This document shows, in pieces, positions 9,671 to 21,027 of a stretch of DNA of 64,000 bases. Every line of letters begins with the position of its first letter. Within the stretch, counting starts at the first letter, position 1. The stretch comes from an uncultured delta proteobacterium (lineage in GTDB: Bacteria; Myxococcota_A; Polyangia; Haliangiales; Haliangiaceae), in NCBI GenBank assembly GCA_963848295.1, contig CAWKDB010000010.1, positions 2,240,001 to 2,304,000 on the forward strand. The letters run 5' to 3'. The notes under the pieces were generated by a model, which was not told the origin of the DNA, did not search any database, and was given only the letters and a program-made list of their open reading frames with translations. A program made the translations under genes and the position numbers.

Positions 9671-10985
9671 TCAAGGGGCCGGGTTGTCGACGGCGGCGTC
9701 CGGTGCCACCGGATGGATCCGTACGCGCCTGACCCGCCGCGGCGATGCTTCGATCACCTCGAGCACGGTGCCGTTCTCGATCGCGAGCTTCTCGCCCGCC
9801 TGCGGGATCGCCTGCGCGAGCGACATGCACAGGCCGGCGATCGTCGTGCGATCTCTGCCGACCGGCAGGTCGAGGTGGAGGTCGCGGTTGACCTTGCGCA
9901 CCGCCGCCCAACCCTGGACGAGGATCGTCCCGCTCGGCTCGCGCACGAAGTAGACTCTCCGGCACGTCGTCTTCGTTCATGATGTCGCCGACGAGCTCTT
10001 CGATCAGATCCTCGGTCGTCACGAGCCCGGACAGCCCGCCGTTGTCATCGATCACGATCGCCATCTGCGTGCGCCGGCGCTGCATCTCGCGTAGCAGATC
10101 GAGCGCCCGCGTCGACTCCGGAACCTTGTGCGCGGGTCGCAAGATGTCTTCGAGCACGACGAGGCCCTTCTCCCAGACGATCGCGAGCACGTCGCGCGCG
10201 ACGACGTAGCCGGTGATGTTGTCGATGTTGCCGTCGTAGACCGGCATCCGCGTGTGGCCCTCTTCGAGGATCGTGCGCTGCACCTCCTCGGCCGGCGACG
10301 ATCGGCGCAGCGCCACGACGCGATTGCGCGGCACCATCACCTCGGCGACCGTGACTTCGCCAAAGCCGAGCGCGCGCGATGCGATCTCGCTCGCCCGCGG
10401 ATCGACCGAGCCGGTCTTCGCCGCCTCTTCGACGAGTTGTTGCAGCTCGTCTTTCGACAACCGGGCTTCGGTGAAGGTCGTGCGATCGCCGAAGATCCGC
10501 AGGACGAGGTTCGACACGAGCGTGAGCAGCCAGACCAGCGGCCGCATCAACTGCGAGAGCGCGAGCAGCGGTCGGGCGACGAACCCCGAATAACGATCGC
10601 TGTAACGCAAGCCGAGTGACTTCGGGACGAGCTCGCCGATCACGAGCTCCAAGAACGTGACGAGCGCGATGATCGTCGCGAACGACAGGCTGGGGCTCCA
10701 GCTCCCCGCGCCGAGCCGCGTGTACGTCGGCTCGAGGCTGTGCTCCATCCGCGCGCCACCGACGGCGGCGGCGGTCGTGCCGAGCAACGTCATGGCGATC
10801 TGCACGGTCGCGAGAAAGCGCTCGGGCGTATCGCGCAGCTTCGTGACCGCGAGTGCGCGCCGGTCCTTGCGCCGCGCGAGCTCGCGCAAGCGCGTCTTCC
10901 GAACGGACAGCACGGCGATCTCTGCGCCGGCGAAAAGGCCGTTCGCCATGAGCAACCCCACCACGATCAGCAACTCGGAGCCCAT
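9671..10985 (-). pseudogene. Hemolysin-family (CNNM + CBS pair + CorC/HlyC) membrane protein with a 1-nt frameshift near 9955
   Basis: NGLFAGAEIAVLS, GELVPKS, GHTRMPVY, GLVTTEDLIEELVGDI. The CorC domain (VQGWAAVRKVN..TTIAGL) is in another frame (ORF 9671-9946). Confidence 0.8.
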
Positions 10986-11024
10986 AGCGTGCCCGTGCGG
11001 AGCATACGCTATATGCTCGACGCG

Positions 11025-11499
11025 ATGTCGCCGGGCGCCGTACATCACGCTCGCCGGCGCGAACCAGCTTCGAGCCGAGCTCGATCAGCTGTGGCGGGTC
11101 GAGCGCCCGCGCGTGACCCAAGAGGTCGCCGACGCCGCGGCCCAGGGCGATCGTTCGGAGAACGCCGAGTATATCTACGGCAAGCGCCGGCTGCGCGAGA
11201 TCGATCGCCGCGTCCGGTTCCTCAGCAAGCGCCTCGACGTGCTGACCATCGTCGACGAGCCGCCGAGCGACCAGACCCGCGTGTTCTTCGGCGCGACGAT
11301 CGATGTCGAAGACGAAGATGGCAACGGTGCGACCTATCGCATCGTCGGCGCCGACGAGTTCGACGTCGATCGAGGCTGGATCAGCATCGACTCGCCGGTC
11401 GCGAAGGCGTTGATCGGCAAGCGCTGCGGCGACGAGGTGCTCGTGCGCCGGCCGAAGGGTGAGATGACGTATACCGTCATCGCGATCCGGTATCCGTGA
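11025..11499 (+). CDS. greB: Transcription elongation factor GreB; likely ATG 11025 is 1 nt out of frame
   Basis: YITLAG..LWRVERP..AAAQGDRSENAEYIYGKRRLREIDRR..ISIDSPVAKALIGK. No in-frame start nearby. Confidence 0.85.
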
Positions 11500-12734
11500 G
11501 CTCGGACGACAAGAAACCGGTGATCGTGTCGAGCTCCGACGGGATCCCGCGCGCGATCTACGACGAAGAATCGCGCGCGCTCGCGGTCCATCTGCCCGCC
11601 GACCTCGCGCGCTACACGCAGAACGCGCGACGCTGGCGCGAGCACTGCGATGTCACGGTGCTTCGCGACGGCGCGCAGACGTATCCCGCGATGCTCGCGG
11701 CAATCGCGGCCGCGCGCGTGTCGATCTGCCTCGAGGTCTACATCCTGTCATCCGACGCGATGGGCGACCGGTTCAAAGCGGCGCTGATCGAGCGTGCGAA
11801 GGCCGGCGTCGCGGTCCGCGTGATGTACGACGCGGTTGGCTCGCTCACGCTCGCCGACGGCTGGCTCGACGATCTGCGCGCCGCGGGCGGCGAGGTGCTC
11901 GTGTTCAACTCGATCCGGCCGTGGCGCCGTCGCTACAACCTGAGCCTGCGCGACCACCGCAAGATCCTCGTCGTCGACGACGCGGTCGCGTTCACCGGCG
12001 GCCTGAACATCGCGCTCGACTACGCGTCGACCGCGGTCGGGGGCGCGGACTGGCACGACATGCACTGCATGGTCCGCGGCCGCATCGTGCTCGACCTCGC
12101 GCGGTTGTTCCGGCGCACGTGGATGAACGCCGGTGGCTCGCTGTATCCCAGCCCACCGCGCGCCGAGGCCGGGCCGCCGACCGCGAGCACCTCGATCGTG
12201 CGGATGATCGAGAACACCGGGCGCCGGCGCGGAGCGATCCGCCGCGCGTACATCCACGTGATCAAGGCCGCGCGGGCACAAGTCCTGATCCAGAACGCGT
12301 ACTTCTTGCCCGAACGCGTGTTGCGGCGGGCGCTCGCTCGCGCGGTCGCTCGCGGCGTCGACGTTCGCGTCATCGTCCCGGGCCACTCCGATGTCACGCT
12401 CGTCGAATGGGCGATGCTCTATGCGATGCGTCGGCTCGCCCAGCGGGGGGTCGCGATCATGCGCTGGCGCGGCCCGATGATGCACGCGAAGACGGCGGTG
12501 GTCGACGGGGCGTGGTCGACGATCGGCAGCTACAACTTCGATTCCCAGAGCCGGTTCAACAACCTCGAAGTCACCGTCGAGATCCTCGACCGCGCGATCG
12601 GGGCGCAGCTCGTCGCGGAGTTCGAAGGCGACCTCGCGAACTGCGATCCGTACGACGAGGCAGCCTGGTTGCGCCTGCCGTGGTGGCGCAAGGCGTTCGC
12701 GTGGCTCGGCTATCGCCTACGACGCTTCCTCTAG
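11496..12734 (+). CDS. Cardiolipin synthase-like phospholipase D (ClsB-like)
   Basis: Two HKD motifs: HRKILVVD and HAKTAVVD..GSYNFD. Confidence 0.88.
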   Translation: MSSDDKKPVIVSSSDGIPRAIYDEESRALAVHLPADLARYTQNARRWREHCDVTVLRDGAQTYPAMLAAIAAARVSICLEVYILSSDAMGDRFKAALIERAKAGVAVRVMYDAVGSLTLADGWLDDLRAAGGEVLVFNSIRPWRRRYNLSLRDHRKILVVDDAVAFTGGLNIALDYASTAVGGADWHDMHCMVRGRIVLDLARLFRRTWMNAGGSLYPSPPRAEAGPPTASTSIVRMIENTGRRRGAIRRAYIHVIKAARAQVLIQNAYFLPERVLRRALARAVARGVDVRVIVPGHSDVTLVEWAMLYAMRRLAQRGVAIMRWRGPMMHAKTAVVDGAWSTIGSYNFDSQSRFNNLEVTVEILDRAIGAQLVAEFEGDLANCDPYDEAAWLRLPWWRKAFAWLGYRLRRFL

Positions 12735-12748
12735 CATTTGAAACATCG

Positions 12749-12773
12749 CGCAACACGATTTCGCCGTGTTGCG
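12749..12773. promoter_or_regulatory. 9-bp inverted repeat CGCAACACG-N7-CGTGTTGCG (operator or hairpin)
   Basis: Perfect inverted repeat between the cls stop and the next gene; no U-tract. Confidence 0.4.
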
Positions 12774-12812
12774 ATCCGCGAGCACTGCGTTCGCCGGTGG
12801 CAGCTTGGCGGG

Positions 12813-13559
12813 ATGCGAACCAAGACTGACTCTCCGTTGCTGATCGATCGCCGCGGCTTGCTCACCGCTCTCGGCGCGTTCGGCGGTGCGCTGCTCGTCG
12901 GCTGCAAGACCGACGCTGGCTCGACCGTCGATGCGTCCTCCGGCTCCGACTCGACCACGGCCGGCGCATGCGCGGAGACACCCGAGGAGACGGCCGGACC
13001 GTACCCCGACATCGACGGCATGATCAGCGATCCCGCGTTCTACCGCTCCGACGTCCGCGAGGACCGCACCGGGCTCACGCTCGCGCTCAAGCTCAAAATC
13101 GTCGACGCGGCGAACGCGTGTGCGGCGATCTCGGGAGCGAACGTCGAGATCTGGCACTGCGATGCCGGCGGCGTGTACTCCGAGTACGCGAACTCGATGA
13201 ACCCGGGCTCGACGACGACGACGTTCTTGCGCGGCGTGCAGACCACCGACGCCGATGGCTACGTCACGTTCACGACGATCTATCCCGGCTGGTACCAGGG
13301 TCGGGCCACCCACATTCACATCCAGGTCTACAACGGCACGACCGTGGTCAAGACCACGCAGCTCGCGTTCCCCGACGCGACCAACACCGAGGTCTACGGC
13401 GGCGGCTCGTCGTACTACACGAGCGGCGAGAATCCGACGACAAATGCGCAGGACATGGTGTTCAGCGACGGCGACGAATACGAGCTCGCGACCGTCGACG
13501 GATCGATCGCCGATGGCTACACCGCGAGCTTGCAGGTCGGCGTCACCGGCTACGCGTAG
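12813..13559 (+). CDS. Tat-exported lipoprotein, intradiol dioxygenase-like
   Basis: DRRGLL Tat motif and LVGC lipobox; PEETAGPY, VEIWHCDAGGVYS, YPGWYQGRATHIH. Confidence 0.85.
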   Translation: MRTKTDSPLLIDRRGLLTALGAFGGALLVGCKTDAGSTVDASSGSDSTTAGACAETPEETAGPYPDIDGMISDPAFYRSDVREDRTGLTLALKLKIVDAANACAAISGANVEIWHCDAGGVYSEYANSMNPGSTTTTFLRGVQTTDADGYVTFTTIYPGWYQGRATHIHIQVYNGTTVVKTTQLAFPDATNTEVYGGGSSYYTSGENPTTNAQDMVFSDGDEYELATVDGSIADGYTASLQVGVTGYA

Positions 13560-13615
13560 CGCTATTCCCGAGCGCCGACATTGCGCGCGACGAGCGCTAA
13601 CGCGACGATGCCCGC

Positions 13616-15073
13616 ATGTCACTGGAAGGCCAGGCAGCGCGCGGTGCGCTGTGGACCGTGGCATCGAGCATCGGTGGTCGCGCGGTCGGCGTGATCGGCA
13701 CACTCGCGATGACGCGGTTCCTCAGCCCCGACGAGATCGGCGAGGTCTCGGTCGCGGTGATCATCTGCATGACCGCGAACTGGGTCTCGGTCTTCGGGTT
13801 CGGTCAATACGCGGTCGTGCATGGCCGCGGCGACGACCGCACCGAGGTGATCTGGCATGCGACCGTGCTCTACGTCGGCCTCGGCGTGATCGCGCTTGGC
13901 CTGGTCGCGCTGTTCGGTCACTACCTGCTGCCGGTGTTCAACGCCGAGACCGCCGCCGCGTTCATCCCCGGAATGGCGCTCGCGCTGTGGATCAAGCGCC
14001 TCGGCGCGATGCCCGAACGCACGCTGACGATGGACATGAACTTCCGTGCCACCGGCGTGGCGCTCGCACTCGGCGAGCTGACGTACACCGTGACGGCGCT
14101 CGGGTTCGCCGCGATGGGCTGGAGCTCGATGTCGATCGTGATCGGCAACATCGCGCAGTCGACCGTCGTCGCCGCGGTGTTCATTCGCGCCGCGGGCATT
14201 CGCAGCTGGGCCACGCCGACGCCGCTGCGCTGGTCGCGATTCAAGGCGATCATGAAGTACGGCTGGCCGCTCGGCGTGCAGGGCATCGCGCACAACGCGT
14301 CGCGCTATTGGGACAACCTCGCGGTGTCGCACTTCTTCGGCACGGCGTCGACCGGCGCGTACAACATGGCCTACAACCTCGCCGACATCCCCGCGATCCA
14401 GGTCGGCGAGCAGATCGCGATCGTGCTGCTGCCATCGCTCGCACCGATGCCGCACGACCGCCGCGGCGCCGCGCTCGTCCGCTCGACCGCGCTGCTGTCG
14501 CTGATCATCTTCCCGCTCGCGGTCGGCCTCGGCCTCGTCGCCGACCCGCTGATCGCGGCGATCTTGCCGGCGAACCGCTGGCAAGAAGTTGCCCCGCTCT
14601 TGACCGTGCTCGCGTGCCTGTCGGTGTTTCGCCCGATCACGTGGGTGCTGTCGGCGTACATGGAAGCGGAGTCGAAGACCGCACGGACGATGTTCGTCGA
14701 GGTCATCAAGCTCGGCATCCTGCTCGGAGGGATCGCCGTGCTGTCGCGCTGGGGGCTGCGCGCGTCGGCCGCGGCGGTCGGCATCGCGTTCGGCGCGAGT
14801 GCGATCGCGGGCGTCGGGCTCGTGATTCGCGAGATCCCGAAGCCGATGCGGCTGATCATCGGGTTCTTGCAGCCGCTCGCGGCGTGCGCGGTGATGGGCG
14901 CGGCGGTATACGGCGTGCGCATGATCGCGCACGGCTGGGCACCGTGGCTGCAGCTCGTCGTCGAGATCGTCGTCGGCGCCGCGGCCTATGTCGTCGCCGC
15001 GCTGGTGTTGTGTCGCAACACCGCCAAAGACCTACTCGGACTCCTGCGCAAAGCGCTGAACAAGACCGCGTAG
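13616..15073 (+). CDS. Wzx/PST-family oligosaccharide flippase
   Basis: ARGALW..TRFLSPDEIG, DNLAVSHFFG..GAYNMAYNL; about 12-14 hydrophobic segments. Confidence 0.85.
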   Translation: MSLEGQAARGALWTVASSIGGRAVGVIGTLAMTRFLSPDEIGEVSVAVIICMTANWVSVFGFGQYAVVHGRGDDRTEVIWHATVLYVGLGVIALGLVALFGHYLLPVFNAETAAAFIPGMALALWIKRLGAMPERTLTMDMNFRATGVALALGELTYTVTALGFAAMGWSSMSIVIGNIAQSTVVAAVFIRAAGIRSWATPTPLRWSRFKAIMKYGWPLGVQGIAHNASRYWDNLAVSHFFGTASTGAYNMAYNLADIPAIQVGEQIAIVLLPSLAPMPHDRRGAALVRSTALLSLIIFPLAVGLGLVADPLIAAILPANRWQEVAPLLTVLACLSVFRPITWVLSAYMEAESKTARTMFVEVIKLGILLGGIAVLSRWGLRASAAAVGIAFGASAIAGVGLVIREIPKPMRLIIGFLQPLAACAVMGAAVYGVRMIAHGWAPWLQLVVEIVVGAAAYVVAALVLCRNTAKDLLGLLRKALNKTA

Positions 15074-15149
15074 CTCCAACCCGGAGCGGCTGCTGCGCCG
15101 TTATGGAGCGACTGCCCGGAGACCGCTCGGCGCGACGCGGACTTAGCGC

Positions 15150-15165
15150 TGGCATCGAAGCTGCT
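15150..15165 (+). promoter_or_regulatory. sigma54 -24/-12 promoter
   Basis: TGGCATCGAAGCTGCT upstream of SD GAGGAG and ATG 15192. Confidence 0.65.
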
Positions 15166-15191
15166 CTTATCTCCGGCAAGAGGAGACCAGC

Positions 15192-16030
15192 ATGACCCAC
15201 GATCTAAGCGTTTCGTTCTTCGGCGTCCGCGGCTCGATCGCGACTCCTGGTGCGGACAAGGCCGCGGGTGGCAACACGTCGTGCGTCGAGGTCCGCGCGG
15301 GAGAGACCCGGATCATCATCGACGCCGGCACCGGCTTGGCCGCGATCGGCAACCAACGGATGGCGAGCGGCATGCGTCAGTCGACGATCCTGCTGTCGCA
15401 CTTGCACTGGGACCACGTCGCCGGCTTGCCGTTCTTCACGCCGATCTACGTCCCGGGACATCGCGTCGAGATCGCGAGTGGCCCGAACGGCGTGATGCCG
15501 CTCGACCGCGCGATCCGCGAGTTATTTCGCGCGCCGTTCTTCCCGGTCGCGTTCGACGATCTCGGCGGCACGGTCACGACGCGCGAGCTCGCGAGCACCG
15601 ATCAATTCATGATCGGCGAAATCAAGGTCACCACCGCGCGGCTCAACCATCCCGATCCGGTCTACGGCTTTCGGCTCGAGCACGCCGGGCAGACGATCGT
15701 CTACGCGACCGACACCGAGCACTTCGCGTGCGTCGACCCGACGCTGAAGAAGCTCGCGGCCGGCGCCGACATCTTGATCTACGACTCGCAGTACACGCCC
15801 GAGGAATATCCGGCGAAGGTCGGCTGGGGCCACTCGACGTGGCAAGCCGGCGCCGAGCTCGCGCGCGCGGCGGGCGTCGCTCAGCTCGTGCTGTTCCACC
15901 ACGATCCGAACCGGACCGACGATCAGCTCGCCGCGCTCGAGGCGGCCGCGCGGGCGGCATTGCCCGGGACGATCGCCGCGCGCGAAGGACTCGAGCTGCG
16001 CGCGCATGATGCGGAGCGTGCGGCCGCCGC

Positions 16031-16034
<4 letters not shown>
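15192..16034 (+). CDS. Metallo-beta-lactamase-fold hydrolase (RNase Z/class II phosphodiesterase-like)
   Basis: GVRGS, GGNTSC, DAGTG, SHLHWDH, YATDTE, GWGHS, LFHHDP. Confidence 0.85.
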
Positions 16035-17548
<1,514 letters not shown>

Positions 17549-17549
17549 C

Positions 17550-19220
17550 CTACGGCGCTGTCTCGTACGCGCCGATGTCGAACGCGGCGCCGAGCGGCCG
17601 CGAGTTGCCGTCGAGATCGTCGGCCAAGCCGGTGTCGACGCCCATGTCGATCGCCGGGCTGCCCGCGCCGAGGTGAAAGTCCGCGGTCGCCGGCGCGACG
17701 AGCAGCGGGTCGGCCGTCACGGTCGCGGTCGCACCGCCGGCCGAACCGGTGCCACCGAAGATCAAGTTGTTCGAGCCGCTGACGTCACCGAGCACGTAGC
17801 GTTCGGCGCTGGTCTTCGCGAGCATCAGGTTGTCGCGCAGCCGCAACGTCAACGCCGGCGCGGAGCTCGAATCGAAGTTGATCGCCGACGCGCTCGAGTC
17901 GCTCGTCATCGAGCCGCAGTCGTAGAACGTGTTGTTGTAGACGTCGACCTGGCCGCTGCCGATCGAGCCGTCGTTGTCGGTCGCTTGATAGACGTAGATG
18001 CCGGCGTAGTCCGACGACGCCTCGACCGGATCCGGGCCGGTGCCGACGCTGTAGATCACGTTGTTGTAGGCCTCGACCACGCCTTGCGACGGATCCATCG
18101 TCGAGAAGTTGATGCCGTCGCACACGGTGTCGTGGATGACGTTGTCGTGGACATGGACGTCGAACTCGTTGGGCCCGTCGGTGTCGTGGAACTGGATCGC
18201 GCGGCAGGTCTTGCCGTTGCGCACGACGTTCCAGCCGAGATCGAGGTGCGACGTCGCGAAGTAGACGCCGTGATAATACTTGCTGATCGAGGTGACGTTC
18301 GCCGCGGCGTCGTGGACGTCGTTGCCGTAGAACGCGAGGTTCGTCGGACCGACCGAGCCGTTGACGCAACCGGTGAGCCCGAAGCCGTTCGGGCACGAGA
18401 TGTCGTTGCCGATCACGCGCCAACCGTCGCCGCCGCCCTCGAAGTCGAGCGCTTCTTGCGCGCCGCGCAGCGTGAGCCCGGCGATCACCCAGAAGTCGAA
18501 CGAATCGCCGATCCCCGGCGTCACGATGCCGCGCTCGAGCCCGGTCTCCGCGCCGATCGTCGCGGTCGCACCCGGATAGCTCACGAGCGCCTTGGGCATC
18601 GCCGCGGTGCCGGAGTTGCCCGCGTCGTTCGAGCTCATCCCGAGCGCGCACTTGTACGACGCCGAGGTATCGACCGTGTCTTGCACGAGCGTGTCGCCGG
18701 CGTGCGCGCCGAGGTACGCGATGTCGCCCGCGGCGATCGTGTTCTTCGCCATCGGGATCGTCGCCCACGGGTGCGCGAAGCTGCCGTCGGCGCCGTCGCT
18801 GCCGCTGGTTGTCACGAAGTAGATGTTGCCGGCGCGCACCGTGAACATCGCGGCGTTCGAATCGGCCTTGCCCGCGACGTGGACGACGACCTCGCCGGTC
18901 GCCGCCGCCGCGCCGAGCTGCACCGTGACCTTCGTTTCGCTCCACACCGGATACGCGGCGACCGTTCCGCCGCCGACCGTGACGGTCGAGCTACTCTGCG
19001 CGCTGCCGAACCCGTTGCCGTAGATCGTCACGTACGCGCCGTTGCCGCCCTCGCCGCCGCTGTTCGGTCCGCTCGTCAGATCGGTGAAGAAGATCCGCGC
19101 GCCCGCGATCGGTGACGTGATCGCCCCGTCGCTGCCGCCGCCGGCGTCACCACCACCACCGCCACCGCCGCCACCGCCGCCACCGCATGCCGCGAGCGCG
19201 ATCAGCGCGAGTGTCCTCAT
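17550..19220 (-). CDS. Lipoprotein with IPT/TIG-like domain and right-handed beta-helix (choice-of-anchor Q-like C-terminus)
   Basis: LAAC lipobox, poly-Gly, VTIYGNGFG, NxxxxN helix repeats, DFHLGAGSPAIDMG..DIGAYE. Confidence 0.75.
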   Translation of the reverse strand: MRTLALIALAACGGGGGGGGGGGGDAGGGSDGAITSPIAGARIFFTDLTSGPNSGGEGGNGAYVTIYGNGFGSAQSSSTVTVGGGTVAAYPVWSETKVTVQLGAAAATGEVVVHVAGKADSNAAMFTVRAGNIYFVTTSGSDGADGSFAHPWATIPMAKNTIAAGDIAYLGAHAGDTLVQDTVDTSASYKCALGMSSNDAGNSGTAAMPKALVSYPGATATIGAETGLERGIVTPGIGDSFDFWVIAGLTLRGAQEALDFEGGGDGWRVIGNDISCPNGFGLTGCVNGSVGPTNLAFYGNDVHDAAANVTSISKYYHGVYFATSHLDLGWNVVRNGKTCRAIQFHDTDGPNEFDVHVHDNVIHDTVCDGINFSTMDPSQGVVEAYNNVIYSVGTGPDPVEASSDYAGIYVYQATDNDGSIGSGQVDVYNNTFYDCGSMTSDSSASAINFDSSSAPALTLRLRDNLMLAKTSAERYVLGDVSGSNNLIFGGTGSAGGATATVTADPLLVAPATADFHLGAGSPAIDMGVDTGLADDLDGNSRPLGAAFDIGAYETAP

Positions 19221-19286
19221 GCCACCAGGGTATCCGACGCCAGAGGTAATTTGCGCTCGCGGAGCGACCCCGGTTAGCCTCGAACC

Positions 19287-19802
19287 ATGCGCGCACTCGC
19301 GGCTCTACCAACTCTCGCGTTGCTCGCGGCGCCGGCCCTCGCCGACGAAGGCGGCCATCCCGCCGAGAAGGGCACGTTCGGCGCCGGCATCATGATCGGC
19401 GAGCCGACCGGGGTTTGCGCGAAGCTCTACCTCAAAGACGATCAAGCGGTGCAAGCCGCTTTCGGATACGCGCTCGGCGGCGGTGGTTTTCAGCTCGCCG
19501 CCGACTACGTGTGGCACCCGTTCATCTTGCAAGACAAGGACTCGTTCGTGCTCCCGGTCTACGTCGGTCCGGGCATCCGGTTGATCGACTACTCGGCGGG
19601 CGAGACCGGCTCGAGCTACTTCGCGGCCGGCGTGCGCGCGGTCGTCGGTATGGTGTTCGACTTCAAGAACGTGCCGCTCGACGTGTTCGTCGAGGTCGCG
19701 CCGATCCTCGAGTGGCGGTTCGTCGACGCCGCCGAGAACAAGACGATCAGCCACGTCAACGTGACGCTCAACGGCGGCGTCGGCGTGCGCTACTACTTCT
19801 GA
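19287..19802 (+). CDS. Small outer-membrane beta-barrel (DUF3996-like)
   Basis: Signal peptide; FGAGIMIGEPTG, PLDVFVEVAP; ends GVRYYF. Confidence 0.75.
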   Translation: MRALAALPTLALLAAPALADEGGHPAEKGTFGAGIMIGEPTGVCAKLYLKDDQAVQAAFGYALGGGGFQLAADYVWHPFILQDKDSFVLPVYVGPGIRLIDYSAGETGSSYFAAGVRAVVGMVFDFKNVPLDVFVEVAPILEWRFVDAAENKTISHVNVTLNGGVGVRYYF

Positions 19803-19848
19803 ACGATCGCAGCTTCCGATCGCGGGTGTCCTGCGCTAGAACGGCTCG

Positions 19849-21027
19849 GTGGCGACGAAAGCGCGCAAGGGGAAGCCGGCGCCGAAGCTGGTGAAGGCGG
19901 CCAAGCCGGGGGCGGTCGCGAAGGCGTCCGACAAGAGCAAGCCTGCAAAGGACGACAGCGCGACCCGCGGCGATCGCAGCAAGCGCTTGCTCGACCTCGT
20001 GATGATCCTGCTGCGCGCGCGCACGCCGGTGACCTATCGCGAGATCCGCGATCAGTTCTCGGCGTACCAGACGCTCAACATCGAGGCCGGGTTACGCGCT
20101 TTCGAGCGCGACAAGGCCGACCTCCTCGACCTCGGCGTGCCGATCCGCTACGTCACGCCCGACGAGGACGACTCGCTCGAGGACGGCGGTTACGTCATCG
20201 ACCTCAAGCGGTTCAAGATGCCGGCGGTCCAGCTCACGCCGGAAGAGATCTCCGCGCTCGTGCTCGCGGCCTCGGTCGCGCACGCGATGCCGGGCGGCGC
20301 GTATCCCAAGATCGTCGACCTCGCGCTCAAGAAGCTCGCGTTCGACCTGCCGGAGCTCCCCGACACACCGACCGAGTTTCCGCGGCCGGCGCCGAGCGGC
20401 CCGACCGTGCTCGTGCATTTTCCCGAGCAACGCGCGGCGCGGCCCGAGCTCGCCGACATCTACGCGACACTCGAGGCGGCGACTCGCCTGCACAAGCGCG
20501 TCACGCTGACCTATCAGACCGCGGCGACCGGCCTGACCTCGCGCCGCGACGTCGATCCGTACGCGCTGGTCTATCGCGAAGGCGCGTGGCTCGTCGTCGG
20601 GTTCTGTCACCTGCGCGGCGATATCCGGTCGTTTCGCGTCGATCGTATTCACGAGGCGATCACGGCGGCGAAGCCGAAGTCGCCGGACTTCGAGCGCCCG
20701 ATCACGTTCGATGTCAAAGCCTACGCGCAGCGTTCGCCGTGGACGTTCACGAGCGAGGTCGCCGAAGAGGTCCAGCTCGCGCTCGCACCCGAAGCCGCCG
20801 AGGTCGCGAACGAGGATTTCGGGCCGACCGCGGTCAAGCGCGTCGACCAACACTTCACGCTGATCACGTTCGACTGTGCGAACCCCGAGTTCGCCGCGAC
20901 GCGCGTGCTCGCCGCGAAGGGCGCGATCCGGGTCACGCGAGGCGACAGGCTGCGCGCGCGGATCGGCGACGAGCTCGCGGCGATCGCGAAGCACTACGAC
21001 GTCACGCCGGAGCTCGGCGATGCGTGA
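19849..21027 (+). CDS. WYL-domain transcriptional regulator, PafB-like (HTH-WYL-WCX)
   Basis: RLLDLVMILL..RAFERDKADLLDLGVPI (PafB-type HTH); RDVDPYALVYREGAWLVVGFC..SFRVDRI. Confidence 0.85.
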   Translation: MATKARKGKPAPKLVKAAKPGAVAKASDKSKPAKDDSATRGDRSKRLLDLVMILLRARTPVTYREIRDQFSAYQTLNIEAGLRAFERDKADLLDLGVPIRYVTPDEDDSLEDGGYVIDLKRFKMPAVQLTPEEISALVLAASVAHAMPGGAYPKIVDLALKKLAFDLPELPDTPTEFPRPAPSGPTVLVHFPEQRAARPELADIYATLEAATRLHKRVTLTYQTAATGLTSRRDVDPYALVYREGAWLVVGFCHLRGDIRSFRVDRIHEAITAAKPKSPDFERPITFDVKAYAQRSPWTFTSEVAEEVQLALAPEAAEVANEDFGPTAVKRVDQHFTLITFDCANPEFAATRVLAAKGAIRVTRGDRLRARIGDELAAIAKHYDVTPELGDA

